DNA from: Fimbriosthenelais zetlandica
Lineage: Eukaryota
Assembly: GCA_977030845.1 (NCBI GenBank)
Contig: OZ365115.1
Location: 18,972,001-19,036,000 of the forward strand
Reading direction: 5' to 3'
Length of the DNA: 64,000 nt
Shown: in pieces, positions 38,901-50,900 of the stretch
Position numbering within the stretch: position 1 is the stretch's first letter
How the letters are laid out: each line of letters begins with the position of its first letter
Made by a program: the position numbers and the translations under genes
The notes under the pieces: model-generated
What the model was told of the DNA's origin: nothing
The model's input: the letters and a program-made list of their open reading frames with translations, nothing else
The model's database searches: none

Positions 38901-41900
38901 CACTGATCACTTGTTGATGTCACTGTTCTTATGAGATCGGATTTCGGGTGGGAGTAGCAGGAGCGGGAAGTGTGGTATGTAGATTATGAACACCTGATCT
39001 AGGGGGTCCTACATTTCTAAACCTTTGAATGGATAAATCATGAAGAATATGTCAAAATGAGATAAAGAATTACAAAACCGATCACGTATCATTAACTTTG
39101 ATAATCCGCACCTATATTTTATGTTTCATCTTCATTTGATCAATCTTCTGTAATAGATCAAAGCAATGTATAGTGTTTCATTTCCTATGTCTGTTTTGGT
39201 CTAATAATGTTCTATAACATAATGGTTTATGGTTTTTCCAAGAGCGGGAATAACTGCGTCCTAAAATATATGATTGTATGTGTCAAATTAAGAAATTCAA
39301 CTGATTGTATACGTTAATACAATCAGTATATGCTTGGAATATTCTATAGCCTTTATGTGGTAACTTCTGTCCAATCGCACTTCTGTTAAATCGCAAATCG
39401 CACTTTTGTTCCTTATCTTTAAACCATACAGTTAGTTTAATACCTCCCAATACGTGGCTAAATCTTTGACCTGATTTCAACCCAAATTAAGTCAATCCAA
39501 TTACATGAATACTTTTGTCATATATACATGTATGTGCATAATGCATATTCCTAAATGGAAGAGTGCAAACAAAGTGCAAAAAAATTGTCCTTTGTTCCTA
39601 ATCTTTCAACCATACTGTTAGTTTAATACGCCCCAATACTTGACTAAACCTCTGATCTAGTTTCAACCCAAATTAAGTAAATCCAATTACATGTACTATA
39701 CTCTTATCATTATGTTAATACATCCCAATACAGTCAGACCTCGTTAATCCGGACGCATTGGTTCCCAGCAAATTCCGTCCGGATGTCGAAACATCCGGAT
39801 TGATGAATAACCTATTATCGTCCAATTAAAATTGACTAAGAAAAAAGTATTCTACTGGAACCTTACAATTAAGACATTAAGAGTAGCGAAAATTATTTGC
39901 CTCAAAAGAAACCTATTTAAACACACAGGTTTAATCCGGATTTAAATTGAGTAAGACTAATGTCATTTAAAGCTAAGACCAGAGTTTTGTGAGATGAAAA
40001 TATAGTTTTAATATGAATTCACAGTTTGTGCCGCCATAGCTTTATTTCCGCCCCACCCCGTCCGCACGCTACACCTTCCAGCCAAGGAAGCCAGTCCCCT
40101 ACACCTCCTGCTACACACCAGGTCCTTTGAAGTCAAACCGACTGGTCTCAACACCCACCCACCCACCCCCGCCGCCCAAGGAACAAAAACAAAGACAAGA
40201 TTCCCGTGTGTCATTAAAAAGTCCTTAAAAGTTTTGAATTTGTTCTGAAAAATTTAAGGCCTTACAAAAGTATTAAATTTCGGCCTTTTAAAGGTTTTTA
40301 AAAGGTCTTAAATTTATTGACGTCATTGCCGACGATTCTACTGAAGATTTTCTGATCATTTTTATCTGCGATTTTGCCAACTATTCATTGTCAGAAAATC
40401 TCTACAAAAAGTTTCAAATTCTAGCATCTCAGAACAGCAGGAATCCGGAACGATTCCCATTGTTTTCCTTCCCAAACATTACTCCCCATAACAAAGCTTA
40501 ATACAGTCAGACTTGACAGGTCTAACTCAAAGGTGGTGTTAGTAGAAATGTGTGAAATGAAGCCAGACTGAAAAAAGCTTCTGAACTACCAGCTGGCTCT
40601 GTCCAGATTAATGAGACATTTTCAATGCTAAATAGTAGATTTGTCCCCCATTTGGGCTGTCCGGATCCGGAAACCGAAAATCCGGATTCAAGTATACAAA
40701 ATGAGTTGATTAATTCCGTTCCCAAGGAAAACCGTCCGGATGTCGAGTAATCCGGACTAATGAGGTCCGGATTCACGAGGTCTGACTGTACTTGACTAAA
40801 TCTCTGATCTATGGTTGGGCATTATCCAGGACATTTGGTCATGATCGATGATTTCTAATGCATGAAAAGCGTTGTCATTCCTCTATTATTCCACCTTGCT
40901 TTGTATGATCTTGCTGCGCCATCGTTTCCATGGAAGGAAATGTCTACATAGATACAGCGAGTTGTTAATTGCCTGAGACTGGAAGTACTTAATATCATTT
41001 GCGATACCGACTTCACATCTTAATCTTCTGCATTTTCTTTTCAGAAGACGAACACAATGTTCACGTTCGGACGATTAGTTTCTCGTGTGGCCAGCCAGCC
41101 ATTGAGAGTGACGCGGCCTATGTCATCAGCCAGTACATCATTCAAGGTAAGAGTACATCATGCTGGGCTAATTCTAGCCACAAATTTCTTTTAGGAAAAA
41201 GTGCTAAAGACACCAAATTTATTTTAGCAATTTGCGGTCAGGTTTAGCAGATGTCAATTTGAAGGAAACATTGCTAGTTGGATTTTTCCTTCAACTCTGA
41301 TATTTGTGTGATTTTGCGGTGGTTAGGTGTGATTTTTATTTCGCAAAATTAGCGAATAACAGTCATTTTCTTTTAGCAAAGTAGCATTTTTATTCGCAAA
41401 TTGCGACAGTGCGATCAGGTAGAGCGAGCCCAGACATCATTTCAACAACTGAGAAAGTTGTATTACTATTTATAGCAGGGTTCGCAGGCTCCTGGAAATT
41501 CGTGGAATGTGTTGTCCACTACATGTCCTGCAATTTCCTGGAACTCAGACTCCTGGAGACGCCTGGAGAAAGCTGAAAATGCTGAGGCATTTATATATGC
41601 CTCAGCTATGGCCATATAAGATTTGGTATTTTAGAGTTTTAGTATTTTACAGTATTTTAATCCTCTGTGGATCAGTCGTGTCGATTTTGGACCCAGGTGC
41701 ATGAATTCTGCAACAGTTCAGTCTTTTTCTTTTCCGTACATAAAATATTGAGAAAACCTAATAATATCGGCAATATTTCAAGTCCTTGAAAAGTCCAATT
41801 TTATCCTGAAAAACTCCTGGAATTTTGGTTTCCTCTAAGTCTACGAACCCTTATTAGGAATGCTCATCCTAAAAATCTAGCTACGCAAGGACAAACTATC

Positions 41901-44900
41901 GCAGTGTTCTTTGCGGATTGGGTTTTGTATATCATCGTGAGTCGCATCATATATAGATCAATGTACAAAGTATGCCATATCCAATAATTCATTAATTGAT
42001 TATTGTTCACAATTGATTATTTAATTTATTTCATAGAAAATCATCGTAAAATTTAAGATAAAGATATGTTGTAACTTTGTCTTCGGTCATAATAGAAGGT
42101 GCGCCACCTCATCTTGTGCGCAAGCTACATTTCCTAAAATGTTATCAGTGATACACAAGTTGGTACACAAGAAATTGTTTGCTATATTGAGGTCTGATTT
42201 AGGCGGCCACACCCCTGGAAGCGACAATTTTGGGGAGGCCTAGTACTTAATGGCAGTATCACAGGTGTTAAATCCTGTTTTCAGACATAATTTCAAAAGG
42301 AGAGGTTCCTCTGATCACAGGGTTTAATTTGGTTGCTCTGCAACTTTTGCTCTGCAAGTTCATTTTGCATTGCAATCAGGATCCAAATCAAGCGATTTTG
42401 CATCGCAATTTTTCTTTTGCCACCTGAAGAATGCAGATAACATGCAATTTGATTTTGTATCGCTAATACATCCAATTACGTCGCAAAAAGCGATGCGATG
42501 TAAATTATACCTTGTGATCCAGGGAAGAATATTTTTGTACAAAAAGTTCATGTAAGCTTCTGTATTCAGCCTGTCATGTAGGGTTACAACTACAGAACTG
42601 GCCACTTCAGGACAGGACAGGCAACTTCTGGCTATAAGATACCAGATTATGCCAAGAACCATCATTTTTCAGCGATAATTGTATTTGTGAAAACTTCCGA
42701 TCATTTTTCCGGTGTTTTTGTGAAAATTAATTATTGTAGGGAATGTGTTCCATCTTAATTTCCATCTTAAAATATTATACAATTACATAATTTGGAGTAG
42801 TTTGTCTGAATTACCAAGGGTTTTAGCTGTGTTTTAGTCAACAAATTGACTTTTAAATAGAACTCGTGATTTAGATATGCACAAGATAAAGTGGCGCATA
42901 CTGTACTTTTTATCAGTAGGTTCTTCCAATAATTTCTATTAGATGACTCATTAAAAGCAATCGAATTAGACATAAAGTTATTAAAGAAAATACTTAATCA
43001 TATAATTTTGTTTTAATGGATAGATCATATTATAATTCCAGTTCATAAATATGTCTTGTGACATGTTTTCTGTACCACTCCAACGATTTTTTTTTTAATT
43101 TATTGTCAATTGATTGCTTTAGTGCAAATATGAAATTATCAATAGTCCCAGTCCCATTGAGAATTGGAGATCCATAAAAGTGTCTATAATCATTCTATGA
43201 TTACAACAGTATATATAGATTGACATTTTGTTTGTGGAAGTTGTGACAATGGTTTATAAGATAATTTACCATTGCCAGATGATAAACAATACCGTGTGAC
43301 TGTGAGCAGTGAGTCATGTTATTGGAGGACTGTACTATCTATGTCCATTATCACACACTCATTATAATAGACTCAATCAATATGCCATCACCCATCATCA
43401 CTTGTTATTGTGACACAAACTTTTGTATTGGAAAATTAAGTACAGATGGGCAATTATGAAATATCTCCAACTTTTATGTGAAAAAACACACAAAAAACAA
43501 AGTACAATGCTAGGGACTTTTGAAACAAGTTCCAACAAGAATGTTATTCATATGATATTCCAAGTAAATGTAAAAGTAAAAGAAAAAAGGCTAGATCTTT
43601 CGAAAAAAGGTTAGTTGTTCTATATTCAGGCCCATTTTACCTGGGAATTTTCCTAACAATATGTTAATTTTTGAAAGGAACCTATAAAATGAATATAGAA
43701 AATGTTTTTTTTATCACATCTCTAGACAATATATGACCGATCGATACCAATACACCTGTTTAGGTGACTGGGTGCATCTTCTTGATCAGATATAAAGAAA
43801 GTAAGTCAAAATCTGTCAGTGATATCCTGAAATAGGATAATCTGCAAACGGCATGACATGTCTGTTATCGTCCGTCCCCCCCGGGATGACAAATATAATA
43901 TCTTAAATCTATGGAAATTTTTATAGATGTCAAGGCCGACTCTCATGAGTCAAAAGAAAAATTAGAGAATGACAAGTACCGTATTTACCGGCGTATTTAC
44001 GTTCCCAACTATAAACCGCACCCCCTGGCCGCTCAGGTTAAAATCCATATATAAACCACTGCTTTATATAGAAATGTACATAAAAATCGCTTCGTTGTAT
44101 TAACCGCAGGCCGCGATTTTTTGTCGCGGCTTATAAATACACCAGCGAATAGGGCATCTTCTTAAAATCGAGAAGTTTAATATAAATCTAGTCCTATATT
44201 ATGTGCTAAATTATTCAGGCCGAACTATGCATCATAAAGTATGAACTCGTAACTATATTTTGACTGCATGATTATATAATGCAATTTCCATTGAGCTTTT
44301 TTCGGTCGTAGGCTACAACACCTGGTTCTTTTTTAAAAATACAAACTACAAATCATTGTTGAAAAAGTTACAATTGATATCGAGGCGGATATCGATTATT
44401 GAATGTGTGTCTGTATTTATAGTGGTGCTTTTCTCTTAATGACAAATGATTCATAGCCTATAAATTATTATGGTAGTCATAATGTTAAAGGCACTCATAT
44501 ACAAACTGCCTTTATCCTGAACTACATTAATTACTGAGAAAGGACAATAAAATAATTGAATGATGAAATTTCCGGGTCAAGAGGCAGGTGCAGGAAGGAT
44601 CGAAGATAAAAATAAGATAAAGACAATTATCTGATAACATTACGCTGACGGATGGGGGAGGTGGGGGAGGAGCCTATAGCTCGAGTGGCAAGGAAAGTTT
44701 GTGCCTTGATGCATGTCATTTACGTATCTTTACGTATTTTTATATTCACAGACATGTAAATAAGAGATATGTTTAGTGCTGCAGAAAAGCTCAACATGCA
44801 TATGAAGATTGTTTTATGAGGAAATATGCATAGATACGCTAAACAAAAAAAAACAGATTTACCTGTTTTACCAATTAGAATTAGCACACAGTCTTCCAAG

Positions 44901-47900
44901 GTTCATTTGGGAATAAAATTGATATCTTTTGAAAGGTTCCTTCCTAAAATAGATTTAACAGTTTTAGACCATAGTTCTATGATAAGACATCCAGCTCTGA
45001 TAATAGAATTATACCAGACGCACTGCCTCTCCATCTTCTGCAAAAAAGAGTCGGCTTACCTGGAATATTTTCCTTGATGATATTTTTCTTTTTTTAGCAG
45101 AATGGTGAGATGCAAACAGGGTACTCCTCCGTTGTTAAGAGTTCTCAGCTTTTTAAACCAGAAGTAATGATCCAATGTCAATGGTGGTAGTTGCCGAAGT
45201 ACCGACCAAGTGTTTTCAGATTTCTGTCTGTAATTGTCTGATTACTATGGGGACGGTGCTTACTCACCTAAACAATTCATCTAAATATTAATCTCTTTAC
45301 TTCAATGAAGCTTTTGTCACCCACAGGAAGTCAGAAATGAAAGGTCCCCACATGTTGCTTTCATACGATTAAGCATTAATAGAAAATCTGTGATAAACCA
45401 GATGAAAGGGGAATGTATCACATCAAGAATGAGAAAGACAGTCCTTATCAAGTCCAGTCAAATGAGTTAGATGACTAAGAATCACTTTTCTGTCTTGATC
45501 TGGTCGTGAGAATTGTTTAATCTCCGTCTTTTATGTGGGTCTGATCGTGCAGGATTGTCCAACGCTCCGGAGCCTGTGTTGGGTGAGTTGGGTGTGTGCT
45601 GGATATGTGTATATATGCCTGTTGTCAGGTAGGATAAAGAGAGATTGAATTGAATCTTATCAGCTCAAGTCACTATAGATGGAAGACCCATATATTACAG
45701 ATTATCCACCATGGCCAGATGTTTCGATACATTTGACAGATATACAGATAAAGAATATGATTTAAAAAAATCGATTTTTTATCCACTTTTTTGTATGATC
45801 TTCTCCTATCCTTTTTGATCCCAGTTATTTATGGTATTCCGAATTAGCAAGGTCGCATCCGGTGGGCCGACTGAGTGGCATTTGTTTTAATCTTGAGAAA
45901 AATTGAGATGATGAACTGAATTGAAGGAAATGGTGGTTAATTATAGCTTTAAAAAATCAAGTCAGTCTTTGTCTGAAATATCATTGATAGCCCAACTGAT
46001 AACAATGTCTCGTCATTGTTTGTCGTGCTTGTTTTTTTTGGGCTGATATGTTTTGTTTTATCTTCTATATCAGACTCAATAGTTACGCCTGAATAGCGGC
46101 AGGACAAACGGATCAACAAAGGAGTGCTATAGCCTTGGTTATTTTTTTCTCTCACTTGCACTATGTTTTAACATGAAATGAGTCAAAACTGATGTATTAA
46201 TCTTCCTTTGAAAAACTCAAATTTTGTTTTTCTTCTCCGCCAGTTCAGGTGTCATCCCTTTGGGTAATGAAGAAAGAAAATGGATATTTAAAAAAATTGT
46301 ATCCATAATGTTGGAACGCATCTAAAAACTATAGTAGCAATTTCTCACCGATATATGAAAATATAAGTGGCTGAGAAAGGACAAGTTCCGGGCAACGTGC
46401 ATATTTATCCTTACTTTGTATTAAAAAAAAAAAAAAAAAAAATTACTAAGTCAAGTGGTCTCTGGCTTAGGTCGTCATTTTGCTTCCCGCCAGTAGGAAG
46501 TACTCTGACCCTTTACTTCATGATTACTCACACAATGGAGCACACTACTACAATAGCCAGGCTGTATCGTGCAGGTGAGATAAGACCGCGTGCAAACAAT
46601 AGGCTGGTATGTTATCTCCCTTAACTCAAGCACAAGTGTTTGGTCTGTGTTGGATGGAGGGAGAAGGCGCACAAACAACATAAAAAGTTATAGATAGGGA
46701 TGGATCATAATGTTCTTTAGGTATGCTTTTCACCGCCATGATCAGGGGGTAATGTCCTTCTGAGTTTGATAAGGGGATAATACATGTAGGAATATTTAAA
46801 ATCTTCCTGTTGGTCATCTTGCAATTGTTTCATATTTTCTGTCACTGAATGACTGATATCATATTCGGTGATCCTTTAATTTATTTGTTGATGGATTGCC
46901 GATGATATTCCTGGTGATTTTTCCGATGCATTTCGACTATTTAATTTTCGGAAATCCTCTCATTTAATATTCATTCTACTTCTTGATATATTTATATGGA
47001 ATACAACGAGACGTTGATCTGTGTAAGAAGATGGGTCGGTCAAGTGGTGGAAACATGAACCCATATATGCTCGAGCAGATCAATGTCGAGTTGTATTCCA
47101 TATTTATATCACAACTTCTACCTCAAAGCTTTATGGAATATGTCCATTAATCTTCCCTCGTTTCACTAACGGGTTACTTTTGAAAAATGCAGATTTCACG
47201 TGTGATTTTCGTCAAGAAAACGCAGTGGACATATCAACATGTTGGGAGTGTAATAATGGATATAATGTGAGTTGGCAAAATTCCTCTGAGGCAATTCTCA
47301 TTGCTATGCAGATGGACATTGGTTTCCAATTGCCTGCCTTTGTCTTTGCCTGGTATTGTTAACCAAGGTTCAGTGGGTTGATCCCTTGTAGTAACAGACA
47401 GGGTTATCACCCCTGGTTGGTGATCAGAAGTCCTGCACTGATTTCCCCTGTCTGGGCTCGCTCTACATGATAGCATTGCCGCAAATTGCGAAAAAATACT
47501 ACTCTGCTAAAAGAAAATTACCGTTACTCACTAAGTTTGCGAAATAAAAATTAACGCCTAACCACCGCAACATCACACAGATATCGGTTGAAGGAAAATC
47601 TAACTAGCAATGTTTCCTCCAAATTGACATCAGCTAACGCCAACTGCGAATTGCTAAGAGAAATTTGGTGTCTTCAGCACTTATTGCAAAATAAAATTTG
47701 TAGCTAGGGTTTTTTTTTTAAATATACATTTAGGTTGTTTATACAGCGAGTTATAAGGGTCACGGGACACAATGTATGTGGCTATTCCATGGTAAATTCT
47801 GCCTATTGCTGTTTTTCTATGTGCAGACTAATTGGGAGGTGTGTAGAGTGGGTTAGTAGAAAGATTGAGGTTGTAAGTATATAAGGGACGTCACATGAAA

Positions 47901-50900
47901 AAGAATCTCAATGCGGTAAATCATAACTATAGAGACAAACTTCTGTTGTATGTTGAGGACGACAGACTCGATCAGGGATGGCTGGCGTAAGCTTTAGGGA
48001 TTTAGCTGGGAATTGTGCTGGCAATAGCCTTCTATGAGGCGGATCAAGTCAATGTCAGACGGATGGTAGTGGAGGCCCTATTATCTCAGCTACAATGGGT
48101 CGTCACTCACTACAAACAACACAGGAGGCTCGGGCCAGCTGCCTGATTTCAGGGCTCAGCGAGCTTTTATACTTTAATGCCATACAAAGTGGTTCTGACA
48201 GTTTGATTGTGTTGATACCACTTTGTATGATAAGGAGGTTTAAAGAGGACATTAGGAGTATAATTCCAGATGAGATTGGAGAGATTAAGTCAGCCAGCTC
48301 TTGGAGGCAAGAGTTTGATGAAGTGAGGGATAAAAAATGGCACTGGCAGAAAAATGAGGTCTGAGCATATTGTATGTGGCGTAACCTATAGGTAATTGTT
48401 GTTTCCATTATAGCTGAAGCAATTGCATGCCAGGCTTGGGTACTTTTTTATTCTGGGTAACGTCATATTTATGCTCAGGATAGGAATTGATGTACTTTGT
48501 TTTGGAGTATATATATAGATCGAAAAAGATATTCTCCGTTTTAACTGAAGATTCAAGAAACCTTTTTGGATTTCCTATATATATTCAAGTGGGAAGATCA
48601 AGTTACTGGCTGGAGACTCGGATGATTTCCTTTGAGCACGGCACGCTGTTGTCTGTGATTCCTTCTCTTGGGAAATTGGGAATGGAAAGGAAAGAGGTCG
48701 CCTTGACAAACCGGCTAGTAAATTGTCATGGTGATGTACCTGTCAATAAAAGAGTGTGAGACAATCAGAGCAATGGGCTGAGATAGGTCTAAATATTGGT
48801 GTGCCGGGGGTATTGGTCGCTGGCCAGTGTTAGCCTGGCTTGACAACTGATTAGATCAAACTGATTGTCCGGGCGAAAAGAACAGACAGATCAGACTTCA
48901 TCACTGATAAGGGACGGCTGGACAGTCACATGGACTGATAAAACAAATGGACAATTTGCTAGTAACAATACATTACTCTTGATTTTACTGTGCAGTCGGT
49001 TTGTCATTTGGGGGAAGTAATAATATATAGTTTCAGTCTTCTGAGTCTTCAATTGTTAAAATTGTTACCAAGAGTGTGAGCTGGTATTCACCCATAACAG
49101 GCTCTATAAAAATTCTAAAAAAAAAAAGAAAAAAGAATTTGATCCTTTTATTTCTTGTGAATATATTTTTGTTATCAGGATAAATGAAATTTTGATTATG
49201 GGTACGTGAATAACGACTTTATTCTTTATTAGCTAAGAGTACTTGTTTATAAGAAATTTAACAGGAAGGAATTAAAGAAACCTCATTTTAATAGAAGACC
49301 TAGAACAGAACAAGTTTGTTTATAAAAATACGCATTATTTGTTTGTCGGGGAAATGATCATTAAGTGGCATGATCGTAAGTCATGCCCTCTATCAAATCC
49401 AGAATGATTACTTTCTGATTCCAGCATCCTTCCTGCCCACTATTGAAGATAAATGTTATCAGAGGCCAGTGTTACTGAACATGTACCATCCTTGTCTCAT
49501 ACTCTCCATCCAAATGGAATTGACCAATCAGGAGACAAGCCTTGGTCATGTGACATAAGCTTGGCCTAATCGGAAGCATTTCTAGTTGTGAATTGCTGCT
49601 TGGCCACCACTTGAGCTTATGGTGTGGTCAGCCTGGTGGCCAAGTGTAATTAAGTTATAATTAAAAGCCAGTTGTAACAACTATCTAGTCTTTTCAGTCA
49701 TAAATAATACCTCGGAAAGCGATGTTGTTTGCTGCCTTCGGCCTCATACACTATGGAAATGATGTGGTGGCAACCTGTATGACATTGGCGGCCTGGTGTT
49801 TTGATAGATTCATATAATGTATGTGCTTTTAGATGTGGGCTAGTAATGGAATGGCACTGTTCTCTGCCTATCATGATGGCACTTTGTGGGCAACTGGGCC
49901 TGGTTGTAATGGACACTAAGTCCCTCTTAGAATTGGTGTATTTAGCATTGATGACCACTGATAACGATTGGTATTTGTTGCTGACTCCTGGCTCTGCAAA
50001 AAATGGTGGCCATCCCACTTAATAAAGCTGGCAGTGTTGTTATCTTTGATGGACACCATTACATGGTATATGCTAATGCAGTGGATTTGTCTGTTATCAT
50101 TGCGTATGTTGATTACTCGATCTTTGACCTAAGGGCGCTGATTGTTGCATATTTGTGGGAAAAGTTACAGGTTCTAATTACACGTTGGAGATTTTATTGG
50201 CATGCTCAGGTCTTTAGTTTACAGTCGGATTTGGCTTAACCTGATTTTGTGCTGAAGACTTTTTNNNNNNNNNNNNNNNNNNNNNNNNNNNNNNNNNNNN
50301 NNNNNNNNNNNNNNNNNNNNNNNNNNNNNNNNNNNNNNNNNNNNNNNNNNNNNNNNNNNNNNNNNNNNNNNNNNNNNNNNNNNNNNNNNNNNNNNNNNNN
50401 NNNNCGCTGCTAAGGCTATATTCATGTTTGATATATAGGCCTTATTTCATTGGATAGTATGTTGGTGTTGGATATCACAAAATATTGGGTTTTACAAAAT
50501 ATATTTATAACATAATTTACGTTTGTTTGGTGCGTGAATGATTTGTAGCTATCATGGTTCATTTTTTTCCTCTTTTCTCTTTTATTCAGTTTACTGACTT
50601 GCAAATAGAGACAGTGAAGAACCCTAAGCCCCTTCCTGACATGAACAAGCTGGCCTTTGGGGCAGAGTTCTCCGAACATATGTTTGAAGTCGACTGGACC
50701 GATGCAAATGGCTGGGGCACACCTGCAATCAAACCTATGACAGAATTCCACATACATCCGGCTGCTAAAGTATTCCATTATGCCGTTGAAGTAAGTATTC
50801 ATTGGATGATTCGGTCCATTATGCTTTATTTTCAGTAAAATCTGAAAGTATTTGGGCAAAATTATTATGTTTACATTAATCCGAAATCATAGAACTATTT

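Noticed and set aside
47950-50250. Possible decayed transposon coding sequence in BCAT intron 2
   Set aside because: Higher GC, but all frames are interrupted and I could not recognise RT, integrase or transposase motifs.
50219-50425. ORF spanning the N run
   Set aside because: Artefact of translating through the gap.
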